A stretch of DNA of 64,000 nucleotides from Planctomycetota bacterium (GTDB lineage Bacteria; Planctomycetota; J058). Both the position numbers and the translations under genes were made by a program. Each line of letters begins with the position of its first letter. Positions within the stretch are counted from its first letter, which is position 1. The notes beneath the pieces were generated by a model. It made no database searches, was not told the origin of the DNA, and was given only the letters and a program-made list of their open reading frames with translations. Below are positions 55,531-64,000 of the stretch, in pieces. The DNA is taken from assembly GCA_019636275.1 (NCBI GenBank), contig JAHBXY010000002.1:56213-120212 (forward strand). Reading direction: 5' to 3'.

Positions 55531-55560
55531 TAGTTCCCGGTCTAGTTCCCTGTAGTTCCC
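55531..55560. promoter_or_regulatory. three tandem copies of TAGTTCCC (spacings 12 and 10 bp) upstream of the HTH-NACHT gene, candidate operator
   Basis: ccgTAGTTCCCggtcTAGTTCCCtgTAGTTCCCtatg, seen directly. Confidence 0.35.
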
Positions 55561-55758
55561 TATGTGCGCCCTTCCTTCGAGGTGGTCCCCGAGACACCCT
55601 GGGCCCGGGACCTGTGCGATCCACGCGGTCGGTTGGCTGGCGGTCGGGGGAACGACCGCCAGCCGGGCACAGGGGGGAGAAGGGCGGATGGTGCGCCGCA
55701 GTCGCCGGAGCACCGAGCGCCGAGGTCCATGCGAGCGACAACCGGAGGCGAGCCTCAG

Positions 55759-55911
55759 ATGAACCCGCCCGTGGACCTCGGCGCCCTGCTGGTGGTCCTG
55801 GAGTACGCTCAGGCGGTCCAGGACAGTGTGGCCGTGCAGCTCGAGTCGACGCTCGGCGAGCAGGCCCGGAGCCTGCTCGTCCAGCTGGAGCTGACGGCGT
55901 CGTTGAACTGA
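55759..55911 (+). CDS. small ORF (50 aa, predicted helical: MNPPVDLGALLVVLEYAQAVQDSVAVQLESTLGEQARSLLVQLELTASLN)
   Basis: GGAGG RBS 8 nt upstream of ATG; between the NACHT gene and the azoreductase. Weak. Confidence 0.25.
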   Translation: MNPPVDLGALLVVLEYAQAVQDSVAVQLESTLGEQARSLLVQLELTASLN

Positions 55912-56078
55912 CGACGCGTCCCCGAGCCGACCCCCGCGCCGACCGGCCGGCGTGCCGCCGACCGGCCGGCGCGGACGGCGGCCGGACGGTCCGCCGGCGT
56001 CGGGAGTTAGCTCGCGGTCTGCTTCATGCAACGGGACGGGTCGTGCAGCGACGGTCGCTCGCTGCGGAAGGACCCGTC

Positions 56079-56702
56079 ATGAAGCTCCTGCACGTCGACT
56101 CCAGCATCCTCGGCGCGGACTCCGCCTCGCGTCGGCTCACGCAGGCGGTCGTCGACCGCTTCGCGCGTGCCGACCCCGGGCTCGAGGTCGTCCGCCGCGA
56201 CCTGGCCGCCGAGCCCCTGGCCCACCTGTCCGGCGCGCTCCTGGCGGCCGCGCGCGGCGGCGCGACCGAGGTCGACGAGGCGGTCGCCCGCGACCTCGCC
56301 CGCGACCGTCAGGCGCTGGCCGAGTTCCTCGCCGCCGACGTCGTGGTGATCGGCGCGCCCATGTACAACTTCACCGTCCCCACGCAGCTCAAGGCCTGGC
56401 TCGACCGCCTGGCGGTGGCCGGGACGACGTTCAAGTACACGGCCGAGGGCGCGGTTGGCCTCGTGCGCGGCAAGCGCGTGGTCGTGGTCTCGACGCGCGG
56501 CGGCGTCTACGCCGAGGGCGGGCCCGACTTCCAGGAGCCCTACCTGCGCGCCTTCTTCGCCTTCCTGGGCGTCACCGACCTCGAGGTCGTCCGCGCCGAG
56601 GGCCTGGCCCTGGGGCCCGCGCCGCGGCAGCGCGCGCTCGACGAGGCGGCCGCGCGGGTCGCGGCGCTGGCCACCGACGCGGCGGGAGCGGTCGCCGCGT
56701 AG
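56079..56702 (+). CDS. azoR: FMN-dependent NADH-azoreductase (AzoR/AcpD-like flavodoxin-fold protein)
   Basis: MKLLHVDSSILGADSASRRLTQAVV...IGAPMYNFTVPTQLKAWLDR; GAAGGA RBS. Confidence 0.7.
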   Translation: MKLLHVDSSILGADSASRRLTQAVVDRFARADPGLEVVRRDLAAEPLAHLSGALLAAARGGATEVDEAVARDLARDRQALAEFLAADVVVIGAPMYNFTVPTQLKAWLDRLAVAGTTFKYTAEGAVGLVRGKRVVVVSTRGGVYAEGGPDFQEPYLRAFFAFLGVTDLEVVRAEGLALGPAPRQRALDEAAARVAALATDAAGAVAA

Positions 56703-56708
56703 CGTCGG

Positions 56709-57368
56709 TCAGTTGAACTCCGACGCCGCGAGGAGCGGAGCGCCGGCGTGACACGCCTCGCACGCGGGCGGGAGGACCGCCCGCCAGCGCGCCGACACGA
56801 GCCAGGTCATGGGCAGGGCGCGCGCCGCGAGCATGGCCTTGGCGGCGTCGGGCTCCACGAGCCCGAACAGGTAGACCCCGATCACCTGGCAGCCGGCAGC
56901 CTCCGCGAGCGCGAGGAGGCGCTCCAGCGAGGCGGCAGTGGTGGCGACGTCGTTGACGACGACCACCGGCCGTCCTGGCGTCAGCCGCCCGGCCCGCAGC
57001 GGGAGGCCGAGCGGGCGCCGCCGGAGGTCGATCCGCGCCGTCGCGAGGCTCGCGCGGAGCTCGACGGCCACGGCGTGGCCCAGCGCGAAGCCGGCCGACT
57101 CGGGCGAGAGGACCGTGAGCTCGAGGCCGAGCGGAGGGTGCGAGGCGCCGAGCAGCCAGCGCGCGACCTGCTCGACGGCGGCGCGGTCGCGGCCGATCTG
57201 CGCGAAGCGGAGGAAGTACGGGGCATGGTGCCCGCTCTGGAGGGCGAAGTGACCCTGGAGGAGGGCGCCGGTCGCGGCCACGACGTCCAGCAGCGCCGCG
57301 GCCGGCACCCCGTTGGGTTCGACCGTGAGCCGCTCGGCCAGCTCCTCGCGATCGACGACGAAGCTCAC
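56709..57368 (-). CDS. type I phosphoribosyltransferase (PRTase) domain protein
   Basis: PRPP-binding motif VVVVNDVATTAAS; GTG start overlapping stop of the upstream wHTH gene (GTGA). Confidence 0.55.
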   Translation of the reverse strand: MSFVVDREELAERLTVEPNGVPAAALLDVVAATGALLQGHFALQSGHHAPYFLRFAQIGRDRAAVEQVARWLLGASHPPLGLELTVLSPESAGFALGHAVAVELRASLATARIDLRRRPLGLPLRAGRLTPGRPVVVVNDVATTAASLERLLALAEAAGCQVIGVYLFGLVEPDAAKAMLAARALPMTWLVSARWRAVLPPACEACHAGAPLLAASEFN

Positions 57369-58477
57369 GCGTCCACCGTGACGAGCTCGAGCTCCGCCAC
57401 GGGCGCGGCGTCGGCCGAGGCGAGGCAGGCGCGCCGGCTGGCCGCCTGCAGCGCGCCCCGGCGCTGGTCGCGCAGGAAGAGCATCAGGTTGTCGTAGAGG
57501 ACGAGCGCGCCGTCCGTCGGGATCCGCGTCGCCAGCTCGGCGTCCTGGTCGTCGAGGGTCCGCGCGTCGAGCCCGAGATGAAGCCGGAGGGACGCGTCCC
57601 ACTTGTCCCGGAGGCGCGAGGTGCGGACGAACAGCTTCGTCCCGGCGGGGGCCAGGCGCTTGATCTTGTCGAAGAGCGCCGGCAGCCCGGCGCCAGGCGC
57701 GTCGTCGCCGAGCCCGCGCTCGACGAGCGCCTCGAGCTCGCTGGCGAGGCGGTGCTGGGCCGTGATCTCGGTCGCCCAGAAGACCCCGGCCTCGGTCTGA
57801 CGCGCGAGGCCACGGTCGGCCGCCAGCTCCATCACGGAGTCGATCACGTCGTCGCTCGATCGCTCGCCGAGCGCCGCTGCGCACATGCGGCGAAGCTCGC
57901 GCGAGGAGACGCGCCGGGCCACCGCCAGCTCGACCACCATGTCGAGGACGAAGCCGATCAGCCCACGATCCGGCGGCCGGCCGGGCGCCTGCGCGAGGCG
58001 CTCGACGAGCCGCCGGCCGGGCGGCGTGAGCCGGTACCACCTCGACCGGCCGTCGGCGTCGGGATCGCGGTCGACCTCGTGGATCCAGCCGTTGCGGACG
58101 AAGGCCCCGAGCGCGCGGGAGACGACGGCGCGGTCGCGTCCGGTCAACTCCGCGAGCTCCGTGTTCCGCCGGGGAGCCGTGTCGAGGGCCTGGAGGAGCT
58201 CGGGCCAGCCGGAGCGCGCCTGCACGGCCCGGACGGCTGCGGCCAGGTCCTCCTCGGACTCATGGGCGAGGAGGAACCCGGCGAGCAGGTCGTCGAGCGC
58301 CGCGCGGTAGCCGGCCGAGTAGTCGTCCCCGTCGCCCAGGCTGGCGATCCCGGCCCTGACCGCGGCAAGCTCCGCGGCAGAACCCTTCGCGAGCTCGCGG
58401 CCGAGCTGCTGCCCGACGCTCTGGAGGGCGGCGCGCGCGCCCGAGCGCAGGCGCTCGAGGAGACGAACGAGCTTCAT
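57365..58477 (-). CDS. winged-HTH (MarR/PadR-like) domain protein with large uncharacterised N- and C-terminal regions
   Basis: LAELTGRDRAVVSRALGAFVRNGWIHEV; translationally coupled to the PRTase. Confidence 0.45.
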   Translation of the reverse strand: MKLVRLLERLRSGARAALQSVGQQLGRELAKGSAAELAAVRAGIASLGDGDDYSAGYRAALDDLLAGFLLAHESEEDLAAAVRAVQARSGWPELLQALDTAPRRNTELAELTGRDRAVVSRALGAFVRNGWIHEVDRDPDADGRSRWYRLTPPGRRLVERLAQAPGRPPDRGLIGFVLDMVVELAVARRVSSRELRRMCAAALGERSSDDVIDSVMELAADRGLARQTEAGVFWATEITAQHRLASELEALVERGLGDDAPGAGLPALFDKIKRLAPAGTKLFVRTSRLRDKWDASLRLHLGLDARTLDDQDAELATRIPTDGALVLYDNLMLFLRDQRRGALQAASRRACLASADAAPVAELELVTVDA

Positions 58478-58548
58478 GGCGCTGCTCCCCCTTTGATGAT
58501 GCCTCCATGACGGGGGTCGTCCAGACCTCCGTCAAGCATACGGCAATG

Positions 58549-58578
58549 ACATTTATCACGAAGTCAATCATTTGTCAA
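58549..58578 (-). promoter_or_regulatory. sigma70-like promoter on the minus strand: TTGACA-18 nt-TAAATG, ~70 nt upstream of the wHTH/PRTase operon
   Basis: Reverse complement of 58549-58578 reads ttgacaaatgattgacttcgtgataaatg, in an AT-richer intergenic patch. Confidence 0.4.
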
Positions 58579-59928
58579 CTATGGGTGCCTGACGTCCACG
58601 ATCGGATCTCCCAGGGTGACCAGGGTCAGGGAGCTGCCCTGCTGAGGGTCCAGCGTGAACGCCCGCGGCCCCGTGGTGCTCGTCCGTACCGGCCGGGCCA
58701 CGATCGCCGTCGAGGCCCCGGCGGCGCGAAGGCCGTTGGCGACGAGAGTGGTCGCCTGGCAGTCGAGAACGAGCTGCTCCGCGCGGACGCAGAACTCGCC
58801 GGTGCGATCGGTCAGGGCCGGGACGAGCACGAGGGTGGCGCGGAGCGCGGTCGCGAGCGCCGTGGCCTCCGCATCCAGAAAGTCCTTACACACCAGCAGC
58901 AGGACCGAGGAGCGACCGCTCACCAGGAGCCGGAGCCGCTTCTTTGGCCAGATGTCCTCGTGCCGGTCGAGGCCTCCTGCCTCTCGGATCACGTAAGGGG
59001 CGTACTTCCGGTGCTCGTGCCGCCCTCCGGTGGTCAGCAGGGTCGTGACGTTCTCCCCAGGCTGATCGCGGTCTGATCTGGGGACGTGGCGGCTGCCCGC
59101 GACGACGCCGAACGGGGCCTCTCCGGGTCGTAGCCAGCCCTCCAGGGTGGCGAGCAGGGCGTCGTCCACGAGCAGCTCGGGGAGGACGACGAGGTGCGCG
59201 CGGCTCTCTCGCGCACGCTCCAGGAGCTCCAGGATCTCGGCGCGCACGCGCTCCCGGTCGGTGGGCCGCACGTCGTAGAAGAGGGGCTGGTCACCGCGCT
59301 CGTAGGAGTCCTTGTCCAGGTTGCCAGGTGCCAGGGGCGCGGGGCACGCGGCTCCGAGCCGGAGGTCCGGGCGTAGCGCCACGGGCGCGAGCGCGCCGTC
59401 GAGCCCCCACGAGAGCGTCACCTCGACTCCCCGTAGGTCGTCGGGCGCCAGGGTGAACCGCAAGGTCCGGTCCGTCGGTGGCGTCGTCGTCTCAGGGTTC
59501 GTCGTGAGGCGCACGTCGTCCCCGAAGGTCGTCCGGTCTGGCGGCCGGATCGGGACGAGCGCCCGGGGCGTGACCGCGAGCTCAGGGCCGTGTAGCCGCT
59601 GGAGCTGCTGCGTGATCGCGTCGGCGTGCTCCGCCGAGAGGTGCCCGGCGAGGAGCCATGCGACGACGACCTCCGGCAGGGCGTCTACAAGAGCCGCGTC
59701 GACGGCCGCACGGAGCTCGTCGAGCTCCTCGGCGAAGAGCTCGTCGTCGTCGAGCGCGCGGACGCACGAGCGGAGCGCGACGTCGTGCGCGTGGAGCATC
59801 CGCGCATTCTCGGGCGCGACGAGCGCGACTCGGAGCGCGCCCGCGCCGTCCCGGCACTCGGCGAGGAGGCCCGCGAGGAGGGTCGACATGGCGAGTGGCG
59901 GCGGACCGGCGAGCAGGTTCGAGACCAT
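58579..59928 (-). CDS. carbon-nitrogen hydrolase (nitrilase superfamily)-like protein with N-terminal extension
   Basis: Putative E-K-C triad context: HLVVLPE, HEHRKYAPY, LLLVCKDF. Confidence 0.45.
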   Translation of the reverse strand: MVSNLLAGPPPLAMSTLLAGLLAECRDGAGALRVALVAPENARMLHAHDVALRSCVRALDDDELFAEELDELRAAVDAALVDALPEVVVAWLLAGHLSAEHADAITQQLQRLHGPELAVTPRALVPIRPPDRTTFGDDVRLTTNPETTTPPTDRTLRFTLAPDDLRGVEVTLSWGLDGALAPVALRPDLRLGAACPAPLAPGNLDKDSYERGDQPLFYDVRPTDRERVRAEILELLERARESRAHLVVLPELLVDDALLATLEGWLRPGEAPFGVVAGSRHVPRSDRDQPGENVTTLLTTGGRHEHRKYAPYVIREAGGLDRHEDIWPKKRLRLLVSGRSSVLLLVCKDFLDAEATALATALRATLVLVPALTDRTGEFCVRAEQLVLDCQATTLVANGLRAAGASTAIVARPVRTSTTGPRAFTLDPQQGSSLTLVTLGDPIVDVRHP

Positions 59929-60431
59929 CGCGAGCCTCCCCGGCGGCGATCCATCACTCTATGTCGCCCTGGTCACCAGGCGCAAACACTCACAGCGGCC
60001 GTCGCTTGTTCTGATGTCCACGTTTGGGCGCGCGGCTCGATGCTCCGATCCGCAGTGAGGCACCTGTCGCCCTCGCTCCGGCCGCTGCGCGGCCTCCGCT
60101 CGGGGATGCGCGCCACCGCTCGATCTGCTCGCTTCGCTCTCAGGTCAAGCGGCGAGCGCGGTCACTGTCCCGGCGAGCCCTCGATCACGGCGGCGCTACA
60201 AGTCGGAGGGCTTCCGCCGGCGACCTGAACTCGGCTCAACCGGACGGCGCTGCCGGCGGGCGACGAGCGTGGTGCTCAGCGCCGAGCCAGGCGCTTTGCA
60301 GCCCGGTCGACAGCCTCGCGCGTCACGGTGTCGTCTGCGAGACGGGCGTTCCCGTAGGCGAAAGAACGCCGTGCGTGGTCGGCCAGACGCCCACTGCTCT
60401 GGCTGACGGGGTCGCAACCAGCCCCTGCAGC

Positions 60432-61709
60432 CTACGCCCCCCCGAAGACCGCCGTGACGATCGCCCGGCGCAGCCCTTCGGCCGCGCGGCCGGACACGTA
60501 GGCCTCGGTCACCTGCTCGAGGTCGACCTCGAGCCCGACGACGCGGCCTGGGCGGCCGGCGCGGGGGCGGCCGACGAGGTCGTGCGTCGCGCGCAGCCGG
60601 ACGCCGGCGCCCGGGACGAGCGCGGGGAAGAGGAAGGCGTTTCCGACGGCGTCGAGCGGCGGGCCCTGCGGGTCGACGAGGTCCGAGTGGAGGAGGCGGT
60701 AGAGGACCTGCTTGCCCAGGTCCGGGGTGCCGGGCAGCGCCCCTGCGTCGTAGTCCTTGGCGTCGAGCACCAGGAGGACCGCGCGGCCGTCGGGCAGGCG
60801 GTCGCGGACGACGACGTCCGGCCGGAGGTTCAGGCCCGGGAGGAGCGAGCCGTCCGGGAGGCGATAGGTGCCGCGCAGGCCGGCGCCGCGCCCCTCGTCG
60901 CGGAGGGCGACCTGGAGCATGCGCTCCCACACGTGCGCGTAGCTGCGGGCGAAGAGGCCGCGGACCTCGGCCCCGCGCTCCGAGGCCTCGCGCGCGGCGT
61001 GGTAGCGGCGCAGGAGAGCCAGGAGCCGGCGCGGGCGGTCGGCGAAGCACACGCGCTCGCCGCGCTCGATCCGGTCGAGCGCCTCGGTGGGCGGGATCGG
61101 CGGGCGCTCGCCGGCGCCGCCCAGGCCGAAGCGCGCGCCGATCTGCTCGCACGTGGCCTCGTGCAGGTCGGTGAGCTCGTGGCGCGGGTCCGGGCGCACG
61201 GAGCGTCGCGGCAGGGCCCGGAAGACGACCCCGGTGCGCCCCTGGACCGGCGCGCCGTCGCGGAGCGCCTGCGGCCAGAGCACCCGGCCCGGGACCTGGT
61301 CGTGGACCCGGGGGGCGCTGACGAGCAGCGGGCCGCGCTCGACGAAGTCGCGCCAGAGGAGGAGGGCCGCCTCGACCTGGTCGACGAGGTCGCCCGGGTC
61401 GCCGACCGCGACGAGCGCGCCTTCGCGCGTGGCCAGCGCCGGGTCGTCGACGGCGCGGCCGCCCGGACGCTCGCGCGCGTAGCGGGCGAGGCTGGAGACG
61501 AACAGGGCCACGCGCTCCAGGGCAGCGCCGGGGTCGAGCGGCGCGCCCGCGTAGCAGCGGGGCAGGACGACGACGAGCCGCCCGCCGACGCTGGCGAGCC
61601 CCGGCAGGAGCGAGGGCGCGCCGTCCGCGGTGGACCACGCCTCCGGCGGCAGGCCGGCGGCAGGGTCGAGCGGCTGGCCCGCGACCAGGAGCCGGACCGG
61701 CGCGGTCAC
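60432..61709 (-). CDS. mcrC: McrC-like restriction endonuclease subunit (PD-(D/E)xK)
   Basis: RPDVVVRDRLPDGRAVLLVLDAKDY (PD...DAK nuclease motif); GTG start overlaps McrB stop (GTGA). Confidence 0.6.
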   Translation of the reverse strand: MTAPVRLLVAGQPLDPAAGLPPEAWSTADGAPSLLPGLASVGGRLVVVLPRCYAGAPLDPGAALERVALFVSSLARYARERPGGRAVDDPALATREGALVAVGDPGDLVDQVEAALLLWRDFVERGPLLVSAPRVHDQVPGRVLWPQALRDGAPVQGRTGVVFRALPRRSVRPDPRHELTDLHEATCEQIGARFGLGGAGERPPIPPTEALDRIERGERVCFADRPRRLLALLRRYHAAREASERGAEVRGLFARSYAHVWERMLQVALRDEGRGAGLRGTYRLPDGSLLPGLNLRPDVVVRDRLPDGRAVLLVLDAKDYDAGALPGTPDLGKQVLYRLLHSDLVDPQGPPLDAVGNAFLFPALVPGAGVRLRATHDLVGRPRAGRPGRVVGLEVDLEQVTEAYVSGRAAEGLRRAIVTAVFGGA

Positions 61710-63835
61710 CCGGCCGGGCCGTCAGGCGGCTCGTCGCCGGCGTCGTGGCGCCCGAGGGCCGCGAGGACGTCGCCCTGGAAGACGTGCCGCCCCTGGTCGT
61801 AGCGGGCGAGGAGCGCCTCGTAGGTGACGACGTCACCGCGGAAGACTCGCGCCGGGCGGTCCCGGAAGACGGTCGCCCACAGGTAGAAGAGCACCTTCGA
61901 CTTGAACTCGACCGCGTCGACGAGGACCTCGCCCACGGGCGGGCGAATGAACCAGGGGCCCATCTGCTTGTCGTCCGAGCGGGCGTGGTCGACGATCGCG
62001 CGGTTGAGCGTCTGCATGAGCGTCATCCACGACACGCCGGTCTCGTCGGCTGCGTGGAGGCGGACGCGGGCGTTGGGCTGCCGCGGGGTGTCGACCCCCA
62101 TGTAGGACATGCCCCAGCGCCGCCGGAAGGCGGTGTCCATGGGGAACAGGCTCTGGTCCGACGTGTTCATCGTCGCGTAGAGGTAGAGGTTGCCCGGGAG
62201 GCGGAGCTGCCGCGTGGCCTGGTCGAACACGGGCGAGCCGGTCACCTCCCGCTCGAGCCACGCCGCCCACTCGGCCGAGGGCACGATCCCGTACTGGCTC
62301 CAGCCCTCGTGCTCGCGCGCCTTCGCGTCGCCGGCCCGGTCGAGGAGCTGGAACACGTCGCCGAAGATCGCCGCGCAGTTGCCCCGGTTGATCTCCTCGA
62401 TCACCAGCACGACCGGCGCAGCCGGCGAACGCGCCGCGAGCGCGAGCGCCTGGCTGAACGGGCCCGGCTCGAAGCGGTAGTAGGTGCGCGGCTCGCGGTC
62501 GCGCTCGACGCCGTCGGCGTCGACGAACGTCGCCGTGGTCCGCAGCCAGCCCACCGCCGGGCGGTAGCTGCCGACGAAGTCGAAGTAGCTGTACTCCGGG
62601 TGGAAGGTCACCCGCTTGACGTGCTCCGGCCGCGCGTCGAGGTGCTTGGTGACGATCTCCTGCACCTGGTAGCTCTTCCCCGTGCCGGGCGGGCCGAAGA
62701 AGATCACGTTGCGGTGCCGCGCCCAGACGCTCTCCTCGACCTCTTCCGGCCCTTCCTCCTCTTCGACGGCGTCCGTGACGTCGAGCACCTCGTCGCCCTC
62801 GAGGCCGTCCGTGAGGCCGTGCAGGAGGTGCCCGAACTGGTTCAGGGGCAGCGTGTCGACCCCGCGCTCGCGGAGCGCGCCGGCGACCGTGTCGCGCTCC
62901 TCGGGGATCAGCAGGGCGGCGACCTCGGGGGCGCTCGGGTCGACATGGAAGAAGCTGTAGACGTTCAGAGACGTGGTCCGGCGCTCCGGGCTCTCGACGG
63001 GGATGCAGAGGCCACTCCCGTACTGGTTGAGCGAGACCGTCTTGTTGACGCTCGAGCGGAGCGCCTCCGCGCTCCAGCGCCAGTGCTTCCGGTGGGCTTC
63101 GTGAAGCAGTCCATCGGCGTAATCGGCCGGGATCTGCTCCAGCCTGTCGACCATGCTCTGCGTGACGCGGACACGGATCTCGTCGCCCACGAGGAGTCCG
63201 TCGATCCGACGGTCACGCTGCCCCTTCCAGTAGAGCGGGAGGACGACCTCCCGCCCCGCGCGCTCGGCACGTTCCTGGAGGATCGCCCACAGGTGGGCGC
63301 GCCAGGCGTTTCCGCCCGGCTCGACCGCCCGCTCCCGCCGGAAGCTGGCGAACTCGCGGACGAAGCGCGCGATCGAACCGACGAGCTCGGGCGCGCCGAT
63401 CTCGCCCAGCAACGCGACCGGGCGGCCGTCGACCTCGACGACCTCGCCCTTCCAGGCCTGGAGGAACTGCCGCCACTGCTCCTGGCCGCTGAGCCCGCCG
63501 ACGCGCCCGAGGTGGACCTTGCCGTCGGGGCCGCGGAGGAACAGGCCGCTGAACTGGCGCGAGCGTCCTTGCCGAGGGGTGTTCACCTCGACCGCGCAGC
63601 GATCGTTCTCCTGGGGGTCGCCGATCCCGAGGAGGCAGCAGTAGCGGTCCTCGCGCCCCTCGTCGAAGGCGGCCCAGAACTCCTCGCGCTCGAGGACGTG
63701 GACGGGGAGGTTCGCCTTGCGGCCGCTGGCGCGGACGATCGGCAACGTCCCCGCTGGCCGACCGGCCGTGCTGCACTGCTTCTCGAGCGCCTGGAAGCTG
63801 TCGCGGAGCTCCGCCGCCGACTCGACGACCTTCAC
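61706..63835 (-). CDS. mcrB: McrB-like AAA+ GTPase restriction subunit with a ~370-aa non-canonical N-terminal (DNA-recognition) region
   Basis: Walker A VIFFGPPGTGKS; McrB signatures LVIEEINRGN and LYLYATMNTSDQS. Confidence 0.75.
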   Translation of the reverse strand: MKVVESAAELRDSFQALEKQCSTAGRPAGTLPIVRASGRKANLPVHVLEREEFWAAFDEGREDRYCCLLGIGDPQENDRCAVEVNTPRQGRSRQFSGLFLRGPDGKVHLGRVGGLSGQEQWRQFLQAWKGEVVEVDGRPVALLGEIGAPELVGSIARFVREFASFRRERAVEPGGNAWRAHLWAILQERAERAGREVVLPLYWKGQRDRRIDGLLVGDEIRVRVTQSMVDRLEQIPADYADGLLHEAHRKHWRWSAEALRSSVNKTVSLNQYGSGLCIPVESPERRTTSLNVYSFFHVDPSAPEVAALLIPEERDTVAGALRERGVDTLPLNQFGHLLHGLTDGLEGDEVLDVTDAVEEEEGPEEVEESVWARHRNVIFFGPPGTGKSYQVQEIVTKHLDARPEHVKRVTFHPEYSYFDFVGSYRPAVGWLRTTATFVDADGVERDREPRTYYRFEPGPFSQALALAARSPAAPVVLVIEEINRGNCAAIFGDVFQLLDRAGDAKAREHEGWSQYGIVPSAEWAAWLEREVTGSPVFDQATRQLRLPGNLYLYATMNTSDQSLFPMDTAFRRRWGMSYMGVDTPRQPNARVRLHAADETGVSWMTLMQTLNRAIVDHARSDDKQMGPWFIRPPVGEVLVDAVEFKSKVLFYLWATVFRDRPARVFRGDVVTYEALLARYDQGRHVFQGDVLAALGRHDAGDEPPDGPAG

Positions 63836-64000
63836 GAGCGCACCGCCTGCTGCGCGCCGACGATCCGGGCCCGGAGCTCGTCCTTCGACCGGCCGCGGTC
63901 GTCGAGGTCGAGGGCGCGGCAGACCGCCTGGAGCTCCTCGCGCTTGAGCGGCTCGAGCACCGCATCGAAGCCGAGACCGGCCTGGAGGATGCCGGCGCGG
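63832..64000 (-). CDS. 3' end of a gene continuing beyond the window; C-terminus contains a SAP-like motif (LKREELQAVCRALDLDDRGRSKDELRARIV)
   Basis: High GC3 in this frame; TGA overlaps the GTG start of mcrB (GTGA). Confidence 0.3.
   Translation of the reverse strand, partial: RAGILQAGLGFDAVLEPLKREELQAVCRALDLDDRGRSKDELRARIVGAQQAVRS

Noticed and set aside
60340-60375. Hairpin downstream of mcrC as a rho-independent terminator
   Set aside because: 7-bp stem with a 12-nt loop and no following U-tract on the minus strand; too weak to call.

Overview
This is a high-GC (~70%) window that looks like a myxobacterial-type chromosome. It divides into four parts.

(1) 1-31.2 kb is a heavy-metal resistance supercluster, almost all on the minus strand. 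It holds three HME-RND tripartite efflux systems (CusA/CzcA-like pump, membrane-fusion adaptor, TolC-like outer-membrane factor) and a P1B-type ATPase. It also holds many small His- or Cys-rich periplasmic metal-binding proteins, a CueR-like MerR regulator, a CorE-like ECF sigma factor with a Cys-rich tail, and an IS5/IS1182-like insertion.

(2) 31.3-41.3 kb has lower GC and looks horizontally acquired. It carries two adjacent CBASS-like modules. The first is a Cap5-like HNH-SAVED effector plus a nucleotidyltransferase that is split by an IS1634-family element. The second is a separate CD-NTase plus a transmembrane effector. These are followed by an Xis-like HTH protein, a tyrosine integrase, and a 3' fragment of tRNA-Phe that is probably an att site.

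(3) 41.5-52.7 kb holds an N-terminally truncated sirtuin next to a lipoyl-domain protein, a GT-C membrane glycosyltransferase, and a small tailoring/metabolic cluster. The cluster is a PaaK-like ligase, a GNAT fused to a cNMP-binding domain, a methyltransferase, a LigB dioxygenase, an FMN reductase, a Zn-dehydrogenase and a GH15 hydrolase. Two imperfect direct repeats that duplicate gene 3' ends bracket the GT-C gene and the five-gene block from the dioxygenase to the GH15 hydrolase.

(4) 52.7-64 kb looks like a defence island. It has a roughly 915-aa HTH-NACHT STAND NTPase with a C-terminal FGE-sulfatase (SUMF1) domain, a wHTH protein translationally coupled to a PRTase, a CN-hydrolase-like protein and a McrBC restriction system.

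Many long ORFs in the supplied track are antisense or out-of-frame shadows produced by the GC content and were not called.
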